NCBI GenBank assembly: GCA_044226285.1
Contig: JBGAHI010000009.1
Location: 965 to 64,964, forward strand
Direction of reading: 5' to 3'
Origin: Chitinophagales bacterium
GTDB taxonomy: Bacteria > Bacteroidota > Bacteroidia > Chitinophagales > LD1
DNA length: 64,000 nucleotides
Numbering within the stretch: the stretch's first letter is position 1; each line of letters opens with the position of its first letter. Under the pieces are notes generated by a model. The model saw only the letters and a list, made by a program, of their open reading frames with translations, did no database searches and was not told the DNA's origin. The translations under genes and the position numbers were made by a program. Of this stretch, positions 1-8,936 are shown in pieces.

Positions 1-124
1 GGTTGTTGTTTGTACGTGCAAATATAGTAATTTGTACGTAATGTTCAGCGTTCAAGGATTAAATGCGGTTTAGCATGAGTGGCACAAGAACCCAATGCAA
101 AGAGCTTTGCTGCATTCCTTTCCC

Positions 125-148
125 GTGGTGCGTGTCGACACGCACCAC
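125..148. repeat. Perfect 24-bp palindrome (REP-like)
   Basis: GTGGTGCGTGTC|GACACGCACCAC is its own reverse complement; intergenic. Confidence 0.8.
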
Positions 149-243
149 TTATTAGATCGGTGGCGAAGATGTTTACCTTTTATCGTCACTGCGAGGTACG
201 AAGCAGTCTGTGTTTTTTCTACTACTTAACCGTAGTGCAATTT

Positions 244-267
244 TCGGTCGGCAGAGATGCCAACCGA
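244..267 (+). repeat. REP-like hairpin with GAGA tetraloop
   Basis: TCGGTCGGCA-GAGA-TGCCAACCGA, 10-bp stem with one mismatch. Confidence 0.55.
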
Positions 268-388
268 GGACAAATGGAAGTCTCTAACTAAATCTTATGG
301 AGATTTCTCCTCGAAGACTCGTTCGAAAAGACGGAAAATTTTTCTTTCGAACACTTGTGGCTCGATACGGACGAAGGCAATAGACACT

Positions 389-589
389 CTACAATATACC
401 CAAAAACATTAAAACTGAAAAAACTATAAAACTTAGTCCAGTTAATAACATTTTTACTGCTGAATTAAAACCTAGGTTAAATCCATTTTCTTTATAACCA
501 ATCCCCTTTACAAAGTAGAAACCAATAAATGTTGCAGTAATCCCAATTATTAAAAAGGCAAACTCGATGTATAATTTATTTTTTTCCAC
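389..589 (-). CDS. Small two-TM hypothetical membrane protein (66 aa)
   Basis: Track ORF 389..655, but its first codons lie in the 143-bp repeat; GTG at 589 (VEKNKLYIEF...) follows AGGAG; two hydrophobic segments; very AT-rich. Confidence 0.55.
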   Translation of the reverse strand: MEKNKLYIEFAFLIIGITATFIGFYFVKGIGYKENGFNLGFNSAVKMLLTGLSFIVFSVLMFLGIL

Positions 590-613
590 TCTATTTTTTC
601 TCCTTGAATTGTT

Positions 614-756
614 GTTCCTCCACCAACCAAAACCAAAGTAAACAATCTTCCACAAAACATCAACATCACCGCAATGCCCGTGTTCGGGATAGGAACGGAA
701 ATCCTCTGGTGCTTCCTAGCGCCAGAGATTGAAGTGGATAGCCCGTAAACGCCCAA
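614..756 (-). repeat. ~143-bp structured direct repeat, copy 1
   Basis: Near-identical to 1479-1622; contains hairpin AATCCTCTGGTGCT-TCCT-AGCGCCAGAGATT. Confidence 0.9.
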
Positions 757-886
757 GGAGGTTGAGAGTTGGGGTTGTTGGTTGAGAAAGAGAGCATTTT
801 AGTGATGTAGGATATTTCTACTCGGCATTTAGAGCGTTGCTAAAGTCCTGGCTTCAACTATTTTTTGCTTTCAAATCTCTGTTTGA

Positions 887-910
887 CGGTCAGGTGGAAA
901 CACCTGATCG
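887..910. repeat. Hairpin with GAAA loop (REP-like or terminator of 921..1442)
   Basis: CGGTCAGGTG-GAAA-CACCTGATCG, 10 nt past the stop of the minus-strand gene 921..1442. Confidence 0.55.
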
Positions 911-920
911 CACGAAAACA

Positions 921-1442
921 TCATTTAAAATAATCCAAAGCTTGTCTACTAATTACTAAGTTTTCAATTGGGTCTATATCAGCTGGAATAGAACTAATTT
1001 TACTTAATTTTTGCAGTAAAATATCTAAGATTTTATGTGCCGGATTACAAACTTCCATTAGTACTTGTTCATACTCATTAATTTTTATTTGATATAGTGG
1101 ATAATCGTTATCCAAAACACTTACATCATAAATATCGACTACTTTAAGTGTATCATTTTCTACAATAGCAATACCTTCTGATATATGTCCAACCACATAA
1201 AAGCCATCTTGGTATCTCACTTTTAAATCAAACATAATATTGTAGGTATCAAGTACAGAAAACTCATATTTTAGAAGAAAATCAACCAAAAAAGATTTTT
1301 CACATTTACCTAATGGAACATCACGTTTCCTAATCCAATACTTTAAGAAGTAATTAGATTCTTTTTCCAATTCATATTCCTTATTTCTGAATTCAAACAA
1401 AGCTTTAAATTTATTGTAATACATATGCTCTAACGATTCCAT
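921..1442 (-). CDS. Hypothetical protein, AT-rich orphan (possibly immunity-protein-like)
   Basis: 173-aa ORF, visibly more AT-rich than core genes; FYVVGHISEGIAIVENDTLKVVDIYD loosely resembles SUKH-type immunity proteins (weak). Confidence 0.6.
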   Translation of the reverse strand: MESLEHMYYNKFKALFEFRNKEYELEKESNYFLKYWIRKRDVPLGKCEKSFLVDFLLKYEFSVLDTYNIMFDLKVRYQDGFYVVGHISEGIAIVENDTLKVVDIYDVSVLDNDYPLYQIKINEYEQVLMEVCNPAHKILDILLQKLSKISSIPADIDPIENLVISRQALDYFK

Positions 1443-1478
1443 ATTTTAGCCATTTGTTTATGTCCACCATTGGTTTGA

Positions 1479-1622
1479 GTTCTTCCACCAACCAAAACTA
1501 AAGTAAACAATCTTCCACAAAAAATCAACCCCACCGCAATGCCCGCGTTCGGGATAGGAACGGAAATCCTCTGGTGCTTCCCAGCCCCAGAGATTGGAGT
1601 GGATAGCCCGGGAAACGCCCAA
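1479..1622 (-). repeat. ~144-bp structured direct repeat, copy 2
   Basis: Near-identical to 614-756; directly upstream of ORF 921..1442. Confidence 0.9.
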
Positions 1623-1631
1623 AATTAGCTA

Positions 1632-1712
1632 CTAGAAGCTAGAAACTAGAGGCTAGAGGCCTCCCCAAACATTTGTATTCGTTTGTTTTCATATTCCTTT
1701 TCTAGCCTCTAG
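1632..1712. repeat. CTAGARR heptamer tandem repeat with inverted partner
   Basis: CTAGAAG CTAGAAA CTAGAGG CTAGAGG at 1632-1659; TCTAGCCTCTAG at 1701-1712 is the reverse complement of 1646-1657. Confidence 0.6.
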
Positions 1713-1777
1713 GGGCTAATGGCTAAAAGCTATTTAAATCGGTATATATTAGCACCCTTTAAATACCAAACGGCCGA

Positions 1778-4252
1778 ATGACCAACCCGCAACTTTCTCT
1801 GGCACACGATTTTGTTCAGTTTACGGATAAGAACATTTTCCTTACCGGAAAAGCGGGAACCGGGAAAACCACGTTTTTAAAGAACTTGCGGCAAAACTGC
1901 CCGAAACGCATGGCCGTGGTGGCGCCTACTGGCGTGGCGGCTATCAATGCCGGTGGGGTGACCATTCACTCGTTTTTTCAATTGCCTTTTGGTCCGTTTA
2001 TTCCGGATCGCACCGAGCCTTCAGCATTGGGTTCGCAGAATTCGCTGAGTAGCCAAATGCGGTTTAGTCGCGAGAAAATTAAACTCATCAAAAGCCTCGA
2101 TTTATTGGTGATTGACGAGATTAGTATGGTGCGTGCCGATATGCTCGATGCCATTGATGCAGTGCTCAAGCGTTTTCGCAATCGCACCAAACCCTTTGGT
2201 GGCTTGCAGTTGCTGATGATTGGCGATTTGCATCAGTTGTCGCCCGTAATCAAAGACGAAGAATGGAACTTGCTCAAAAACTATTATCCATCGGTGTATT
2301 TCTTTAATAGCCGCGCCTTGCAGCAAACCGATCCGATTACCATTGAGTTGAAACATATCTATCGTCAGGCCGATCAATATTTTATTGATTTGTTGAATAA
2401 GGTGCGCGATAATCAACTCGATCATCATTCGCTGCAAGAGTTGAACGAGCGCTACCAACCCGATTTCGAACCGCGTGACGATGAAGGTTACATTACCCTC
2501 ACCACACACAATGCCACGGCACAGCGCACGAATCAAAACAAGTTGGAATCGCTGGTAGGGAAATCGTATTTCTTTACAGCCGAAGTGAAAAACGAATTTC
2601 CGGAATACATGTATCCCACAGAGCAAGAGCTGGAAATGAAAGTGAATGCGCAGGTGATGTTTGTGAAAAACGATATTTCAAAAGAGAAGCTGTTCTACAA
2701 CGGAAAAATCGGACAAATAACGCGCATTGCCGAAGGGGTGATTTATGTCAAATGTCCGGGCGATTATGCCGAAATCCCTGTGGGCATTGCCGAGTGGCAG
2801 AACATTCGCTACAAACTCAACGAAGAAACGAAAGAAATTACGGAGGAAGTCATTGGTTCCTTTTTGCAATATCCGTTAAAATTGGCTTGGGCCATTACCA
2901 TTCATAAAAGTCAGGGGTTGACGTTTGAGCGCGCCATTATTGATGCGGGGGCTTCGTTTGCACACGGACAAGTATACGTGGCGCTCAGCAGGTGCAAGAG
3001 TTTTGAAGGTGTGGTGTTGCGTTCGCCTATAGTTTCTAACAGTGTGAAGACCGATAGAACCATTCAGGAATACACCAAAGAAGCCAATCAAAATTCACCC
3101 GATGCAGAGCATTTGAATGCTGCAAAACGTGGGTTTCAGACGGCCTTGGTGCAAGACTTGTTTGATTTGACAGATATTGAAAGACGATTCTTTCAGTTCC
3201 GAAAAATACTGCGCGACAATAGCAATACGGTCACACACTTTGTGCTGGATGAAACGGAAAAATTGTTTAATGATTTTCTGGAACACAGTGTAAAAGTTAC
3301 TGAGCGCTTCAAACCACAATTACAGCAGTTTGTGCAACAAGGCACATTGCCCGAAATGCATGGCGAATTGCAAGATCGGATCAAACGTGCAGTGCCTTAT
3401 TTTGTGCAGAAGTTGGAGGTGGAATTGCTGCACAGTTTGTATGATTTAATTATTGAAACCGATAATAAAGAGGTGAAAAAATCGGCCACCGATGCTTTAG
3501 CGGCTTTACAGCGCGAAGTGTTTCTGAAAGTGAAAGGCTTTAAGGCGTGTACGAACGGTTTTCAAACCTTGAATCTATTGCAAGCCAACGCCAATGCAGA
3601 TGCCGATTTCCAGGCTTCGGTAAAATTGCAACCCGCCAAAGCCAAGAAAGCGGCACATACCGAAAACATGGCGCATGGCGAGTTGTACTCCGAACTCAAA
3701 GCATGGCGCGATGCCACAGCAGCCGAGAAAGATGCTTCTTCGTACATGATTTTGCCCCAAAAAGTATTGCTCGATTTATCGAATTTGTTGCCCACAACAT
3801 TAGAGGAATTGGAAGTGGTGAAAGGCTTTGGAAAGATTAAAATCAAACAATTCGGTAGCGAGGTGATAGAGATTATTGCCGATTATGTGCGCAACAACGG
3901 CATTGTAAAACCGCAGTTGGAGTTGGTGAAGAAAGAGCCGAAAGTCAAGGTAGAGAAAGTAGACACCAAAAAACTGTCGTTCGATTTATATAAAGCCGGA
4001 TGGAAAATTGAGGAGATTGCAAAGGAGCGAGCTTTATCTCCGGTAACTATTGAAGGGCACCTTGCGCATTTTGTGGGAACAGGCGATTTGGATGTATATA
4101 CCTTTGTGCCCAAAGAGAAAGTAGAAGCTATTTCAAATTACTTGAAACGCAATCCGGATCAGACATTGAACGCTATAAAAGTGAGTTTAGGTGATGCCGT
4201 TTCTTTTACGGAGATTAAATTCGTTCAAAACGTTTTGAAACTCAACATCTAG
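1778..4252 (+). CDS. Pif1/RecD-like SF1B helicase with C-terminal HRDC and HTH domains
   Basis: Walker A GKAGTGKT, APTGVAA, DEISM, GDLHQLSPV, AWAITIHKSQG, GQVYVALSR; HRDC-like ELKAWR...VKGFGKIK; RecQ-type HTH tail IAKERALSPVTIEGHLA. Confidence 0.9.
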   Translation: MTNPQLSLAHDFVQFTDKNIFLTGKAGTGKTTFLKNLRQNCPKRMAVVAPTGVAAINAGGVTIHSFFQLPFGPFIPDRTEPSALGSQNSLSSQMRFSREKIKLIKSLDLLVIDEISMVRADMLDAIDAVLKRFRNRTKPFGGLQLLMIGDLHQLSPVIKDEEWNLLKNYYPSVYFFNSRALQQTDPITIELKHIYRQADQYFIDLLNKVRDNQLDHHSLQELNERYQPDFEPRDDEGYITLTTHNATAQRTNQNKLESLVGKSYFFTAEVKNEFPEYMYPTEQELEMKVNAQVMFVKNDISKEKLFYNGKIGQITRIAEGVIYVKCPGDYAEIPVGIAEWQNIRYKLNEETKEITEEVIGSFLQYPLKLAWAITIHKSQGLTFERAIIDAGASFAHGQVYVALSRCKSFEGVVLRSPIVSNSVKTDRTIQEYTKEANQNSPDAEHLNAAKRGFQTALVQDLFDLTDIERRFFQFRKILRDNSNTVTHFVLDETEKLFNDFLEHSVKVTERFKPQLQQFVQQGTLPEMHGELQDRIKRAVPYFVQKLEVELLHSLYDLIIETDNKEVKKSATDALAALQREVFLKVKGFKACTNGFQTLNLLQANANADADFQASVKLQPAKAKKAAHTENMAHGELYSELKAWRDATAAEKDASSYMILPQKVLLDLSNLLPTTLEELEVVKGFGKIKIKQFGSEVIEIIADYVRNNGIVKPQLELVKKEPKVKVEKVDTKKLSFDLYKAGWKIEEIAKERALSPVTIEGHLAHFVGTGDLDVYTFVPKEKVEAISNYLKRNPDQTLNAIKVSLGDAVSFTEIKFVQNVLKLNI

Positions 4253-4343
4253 TCTGGTTTCCTTTTAACAGATTGCATCCTTATTCTGACAAAAATCAGT
4301 AAGAATTCGCACAAATGCGTCTTTTTTTTAATCTGTTGTACAC

Positions 4344-4351
4344 TACCTTTG
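4344..4351 (+). promoter_or_regulatory. Bacteroidetes sigma-A -7 element
   Basis: TACCTTTG matches TAnnTTTG, 23 nt before ATG 4375. Confidence 0.55.
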
Positions 4352-4374
4352 TCGTAAATTAAATTCAAAAATTT

Positions 4375-5031
4375 ATGAAAAAGACATTTGGTTCTCTCTT
4401 GTTGACTGTGATGGTAGTTATATCTGCTTCAGCACAGTTTGGTATGATGGGTGGCGCAGTGGGCACTCAGATTGTTGTTGCAAAGGTAAAATTGTTGGAA
4501 GGTGATCCATCTTCGTTGAAAGGCAAAAAAGTGAAAACGGTATTTACGTTTAATGATGCATTAGTATCGAAGTACAAAGTGGGTTTCGGAAAAAAGATTC
4601 CTGAAAGTCAGTTTATTGACGACAAAAAGGCGAAAATCAACGATAAAGAACCGGGTAAAGGCGATGCATGGGCTGCAAAATGGGAGGCAGATAAAGTGAA
4701 TTTGTATCCTAATGCTTTTCAAGTGAAGTATAACGAAATGGGTAAAGAAACCGGAAGTTCAGCCACTTCAGAGGATGCAGAAATTACACTTACCTTACAC
4801 ACTAATTATATTGAGCCCGGCTATTTTATTGGCATCGATAAAACGCCTGCCATTATCAACGTGGAATGTACTTTCACCGATAAATCGGGTGCTGTTATTG
4901 CGAAATATTTGATTTCCAATTGTCCGGGACAAGCTTTTGGTTTTGGCGATGTTGACACAGGAGCACGTATGTCGGAGGCCTATGAGAAATTAGCTAAAGA
5001 AATCTTCAAAGCTATTTCAAAAAAATGGTAA
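4375..5031 (+). CDS. Secreted hypothetical protein
   Basis: 218 aa, Sec signal peptide ending ASA-QF; core-like codon usage; own promoter and terminator. Confidence 0.8.
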   Translation: MKKTFGSLLLTVMVVISASAQFGMMGGAVGTQIVVAKVKLLEGDPSSLKGKKVKTVFTFNDALVSKYKVGFGKKIPESQFIDDKKAKINDKEPGKGDAWAAKWEADKVNLYPNAFQVKYNEMGKETGSSATSEDAEITLTLHTNYIEPGYFIGIDKTPAIINVECTFTDKSGAVIAKYLISNCPGQAFGFGDVDTGARMSEAYEKLAKEIFKAISKKW

Positions 5032-5052
5032 TAATTGACTATTGACACATTG

Positions 5053-5083
5053 AAAGCCGTATTCGAAAGGATACGGCTTTTTT
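5053..5083 (+). terminator. Rho-independent terminator
   Basis: AAAGCCGTATTC-GAAA-GGATACGGCTTT followed by a T run. Confidence 0.85.
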
Positions 5084-5145
5084 GATTTAAGTAGTTTTGT
5101 CAATAAATATTCGAATAGTAGGCGAGCTATCGTTATATTCGTTAG

Positions 5146-5538
5146 GTGAACTTAAATGGTTTAAAGACATCAGCAGTTGTTTTGCTTACCTTTTTCTACA
5201 GCTTCTGCGCTGTTGGATTAGGGGTTAATGTGCATTACTGTCATGGTAAACTAGCATCAGTAAGTATTGGATTTAGCAAAGATGATTGTTGTTGCAAAAA
5301 GGTTACTAAACGTAAATGTTGTTCCAATAAAGAGGTCGTTTTAAAAATTGAGAGTAAGCAAATTAAAACGGCTACCTACACTTGGTCTGAATATCAATGT
5401 CTGCTCCCAGTTCAGCGTAAAACCAATTGTTTTGTTTCTAAATCAACTTATAGTTTCATCAATCCTCCATTTGAAACTCATTTTGTATATCCACCTCCAT
5501 GTCCTGTTTATCTGCTGAACAGGAATGTTAGAATTTAG
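5146..5538 (+). CDS. HYC_CC_PP family protein (metal-locus associated)
   Basis: VHYCHG...DDCCCKK...KCC...PPP motif order; upstream of HMA and TonB receptor genes. Confidence 0.8.
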   Translation: MNLNGLKTSAVVLLTFFYSFCAVGLGVNVHYCHGKLASVSIGFSKDDCCCKKVTKRKCCSNKEVVLKIESKQIKTATYTWSEYQCLLPVQRKTNCFVSKSTYSFINPPFETHFVYPPPCPVYLLNRNVRI

Positions 5539-5607
5539 ATTTATTATCTATTTATGTATATTTGCCACGCAATGGCATCCTATTGTTATTCTTTAAAATC
5601 TATGGAT

Positions 5608-5943
5608 ATGAAAACTAAATTCTTTTTGTTTCTATTTACTTTTGTTACAATTTCTTGTTATGCACAAAGCACAATAAAAGTGGCATCATTTAAGGTTAAT
5701 GGTGTATGTGAAATGTGCAAGAAAACGATTGAAAACGCTTTGCACATCGAAAGTGTGAAAGCTGTAAATTGGAATCCCGATACCAAAGTGATTAAAGTAA
5801 AATTTGACGAGTCGAAAATTTCGTTGGATTCTATTCACCGAAGAATTATTGCTGTTGGTTACGATACCGATAAATACATTGCTACAGATACTTCCTATTC
5901 TTCATTACATAAATGCTGTAAGTATGAACGAAAAGCGAAGTAG
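5608..5943 (+). CDS. Periplasmic heavy-metal-associated (HMA) domain protein
   Basis: Signal peptide, GVCEMCKKTIE CxxC motif, C-terminal LHKCCKYER; start moved to MKTKFF at 5608. Confidence 0.85.
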   Translation: MKTKFFLFLFTFVTISCYAQSTIKVASFKVNGVCEMCKKTIENALHIESVKAVNWNPDTKVIKVKFDESKISLDSIHRRIIAVGYDTDKYIATDTSYSSLHKCCKYERKAK

Positions 5944-7891
5944 TGCCGTTCTTATTCTTTCATTTGGGTTGATGAATTATGCTATGACTCAACATATTGA
6001 TTCCGTGAATCAGATGAAAGAGGTGAATGTTGTGCGGAAACAAGCTACACACATGGAGATGAAAACGCAAAATGTGGAGTTGATTTCGTCTGCAGATTTG
6101 AAGAAAGATGCTTGTTGTAATTTGAGTGAAAGTTTCATGCGCACCGGTGCCGTAGATGTACAATACAGCGATGGGATTTCGGGAGCGAAGGAGATACGTA
6201 TGCTTGGACTTGCCGGTAACTATTTGCAAAGTTTATATGAAAACATGCCCGGTATCCGTGGAATAAACGCCACATTCGGCATGGAGTATATGCCCGGACC
6301 TTGGTTACAGTCGATTCAAATCAACAAGGGAACTGGGAGCGTGGTCAATGGTTATGAAGCTATAACAGGGCAAATGAATTTGGAGCTAAAAAAGCCGCAA
6401 AGTGCCGAGCGATTTTTTGCGAATGTATACATGAATCAAGATGCACGAACCGAAGTGAATTTGTATGGGGCAACAAAACTTGGCGATAAGCCATGGTATG
6501 TAATGGGGCTAGTGCATGGCTCTGTGAATTGGGTAAAGATGGACATGAATAAAGATGGGTTTATGGATAACCCGCTACATAAACGTTTCACTGCTATGAA
6601 TAGATGGTTTCATTTGAAGAAAGATGGCGGTATGTTTATGTTGGTGGGCGATGTGAATTTCGAGCAACGTCAAACAGGTCAATTAGCATATGATTTCCGA
6701 ACCGATTTTGCAAAACAACATGCATGGGGAAATCAGTTAAATACAAATCACGTGGCTTTGCTTTCAAAGACCTCTTTTAATTTTGCGCACGAGTCGAGTC
6801 TTGGGATTCAGTGGAAATACACATTTCAGGACCAACATGGATTTATTGCGGATAAGTCATTGCGTTCCAAAGAACATTTCGGTTATTTGAATCTTATCTA
6901 TCAAAACGAATTCACTGAAGGTAATACGATCAAAGTAGGCGGTTCAGTAATGGTGAATGCAGTAAGTGAATCTTTAGCAGCATATTCATCGAAACGTACA
7001 GAAATTGTGCCCGGTATTTTTTCGGAAGTTACCTTCAATCCTTTAAAGAAACTCAATATTGTTGGCGGTTTGCGGGTTGATCATCATAATTTGTATGGAA
7101 CATTTTTATCGCCACGATTGCATTTAAAATGGGAACCTTTGTATTCGCTAACTATTCGCGCAAGTGCCGGAAGGGGTTATCGAACACCCAATTTAGTTGC
7201 TGATAATTATGCTTATTTCTTTAGTAACCGAACGGTTCAAATTGGGCAACTAAAACCTGAAATTGCTTGGAACTACGGTGTTTCATTAGCGTACAAATTT
7301 AATTTAGCCTTTCGTGAGGGATGGATTCATGTAGATTTTTATCGCACCGATTTTGAGCGACAGTTAGTAGTTGATTTAGAGCAACGAGATGAACTCAATA
7401 TCTATACCGCCAATGGAAAATCGTTTTCAAATTCCTTACAAGCAGAAGTTGGCTATGAAGTAGCTGAAGGCTTTAATGTGAAATTGGCTTACAAGTGGGA
7501 TAACGTGAAAGTGAACTATAAAGCGGGTTTGGCTATACAGGCCTTGAAACCGCAACACAAAGTGTTAGTAGTTTTAGATTACAATTGGGAGAAACCTAAG
7601 TTGCTGTTTACCGCTAATTTTGTTTGGTACAGCAAGAGTAGAATCCCCGCTGTACATGCAGATGAGCACGTGCATGCCAACTATCTTTACACGTTGAATA
7701 TGCAAATCACGAAAAAGATAAAAGAGCAATGGGAGGTATATGTTGGCGCAGAAAATATGTTGAATCAAATGCAACACAATCCAATACTATCGGCTGAACA
7801 GCCTTTTAATAAGGCCTTTGATGCTACTTTAATTTGGGGGCCTATTCGTGGGGCTATGGTATATGCCGGTTTTAGGTTTGTACTAAAGTAA
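5924..7891 (+). CDS. TonB-dependent receptor (heavy-metal locus type)
   Basis: Plug motif LKKDACCNLSESF, IQINKGTGSVVNG; C-terminal YAGFRF; likely start ATG 5924 overlapping the HMA gene. Confidence 0.9.
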   Translation: MNEKRSSAVLILSFGLMNYAMTQHIDSVNQMKEVNVVRKQATHMEMKTQNVELISSADLKKDACCNLSESFMRTGAVDVQYSDGISGAKEIRMLGLAGNYLQSLYENMPGIRGINATFGMEYMPGPWLQSIQINKGTGSVVNGYEAITGQMNLELKKPQSAERFFANVYMNQDARTEVNLYGATKLGDKPWYVMGLVHGSVNWVKMDMNKDGFMDNPLHKRFTAMNRWFHLKKDGGMFMLVGDVNFEQRQTGQLAYDFRTDFAKQHAWGNQLNTNHVALLSKTSFNFAHESSLGIQWKYTFQDQHGFIADKSLRSKEHFGYLNLIYQNEFTEGNTIKVGGSVMVNAVSESLAAYSSKRTEIVPGIFSEVTFNPLKKLNIVGGLRVDHHNLYGTFLSPRLHLKWEPLYSLTIRASAGRGYRTPNLVADNYAYFFSNRTVQIGQLKPEIAWNYGVSLAYKFNLAFREGWIHVDFYRTDFERQLVVDLEQRDELNIYTANGKSFSNSLQAEVGYEVAEGFNVKLAYKWDNVKVNYKAGLAIQALKPQHKVLVVLDYNWEKPKLLFTANFVWYSKSRIPAVHADEHVHANYLYTLNMQITKKIKEQWEVYVGAENMLNQMQHNPILSAEQPFNKAFDATLIWGPIRGAMVYAGFRFVLK

Positions 7892-7986
7892 ATGGATAAG
7901 CAAAATCACCTTTTCTACTACAATGTATGAGGGATGTCATTTGATACTCAATATATGCAGTATAACTTCGCTGCAAATTAGTAGCT

Positions 7987-8919
7987 ATGAAAATCAAAAA
8001 AGGTATTTTATTGTCGATCTTACTTTCAATGAAGTTGTTTTCTTTACAGCTTTTCTCGCAGTGTACACCGGATAATACGATTAACATCGAAGGGATTTCT
8101 CCCAAGGTTTCGACTCCTGGATGTGTAAACTCTAGATATGAAAGAACTTTATTTTTTACTTACCGAAAGGATACTGTTATTTTTGGAATGACATTGGTTA
8201 TAGATTCTATTTTCATTACACGTATCGATAATTTGCGGCCAGGTTTGTCTTATGCTGTGAATATGCCAAAACAAATATATTCCCCAAGTAGTAATTATTA
8301 TCAGAATTGCATTAATGTGTTTGGAACGCCAACAAATGCACTAAAAGCATATGATACAGTTGCAGTAAATATTACGGCTTATTTCAGTGTTTTTGGAACA
8401 GTGAATCAGTTTCAAGATGTGATGTATGCAGTTTTGCCTGTGAATCCGGCACCAAATGTTGCTGTATTAAAAACAGGTAACATCCTAAATGCTGTAATGG
8501 GTGCAACATCCTACAATTGGTTGCTATGTGATTTTGGATATGCTACCATTCCTAACGAAAATGGATCTGTTTATACGCCAACTGTTTCCGGTAATTTTGC
8601 AGTGGAAGTCAATTTAAACGGGTGTATTGATACTTCTACATGTTACAATGTTAATGTAACCAATATTGCTGATGAAAAAGACCAAATGGGAGTTAACGTT
8701 TATCCAAGCTTGGTTGTGAATGATGTACAAATTCAACTTGCAGAAAACATCGATAGAATTGAAGTTTATGATCAACTTGGTCGCGAAGTTGGGCGATTGA
8801 ATATTGAAAATAAGTTGGGCATCATTACAATGCCGTTTAGTGAAAAATCGCCCGGAACGTACACTTTAAAGTTTTATTCCGGCAATCGAGTGATGGTTAG
8901 ACGTATAATGAAAGAGTAA
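7987..8919 (+). CDS. T9SS type A sorting domain-containing secreted protein
   Basis: Signal peptide; C-terminal VYPS...IEVYDQLGR...PGTYTLK...RRIMKE. Confidence 0.8.
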   Translation: MKIKKGILLSILLSMKLFSLQLFSQCTPDNTINIEGISPKVSTPGCVNSRYERTLFFTYRKDTVIFGMTLVIDSIFITRIDNLRPGLSYAVNMPKQIYSPSSNYYQNCINVFGTPTNALKAYDTVAVNITAYFSVFGTVNQFQDVMYAVLPVNPAPNVAVLKTGNILNAVMGATSYNWLLCDFGYATIPNENGSVYTPTVSGNFAVEVNLNGCIDTSTCYNVNVTNIADEKDQMGVNVYPSLVVNDVQIQLAENIDRIEVYDQLGREVGRLNIENKLGIITMPFSEKSPGTYTLKFYSGNRVMVRRIMKE

Positions 8920-8936
8920 AGCTTACAGCAATGAGA

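Noticed and set aside
79-291. 70-aa ORF
   Set aside because: Runs through palindromic repeats; no protein-like features
550-756. 68-aa ORF
   Set aside because: Mostly a translation of the 143-bp repeat and overlaps the more credible 389..589 gene
614-1622. CRISPR array or IS ends
   Set aside because: Only two long direct copies separated by a gene; no short repeat-spacer periodicity, cas gene, transposase or terminal inverted repeats
1778-4252. Helicase as part of a defence or mobile system
   Set aside because: Pif1-HRDC-HTH architecture is a common stand-alone Bacteroidetes gene; no partner nuclease or integrase adjacent
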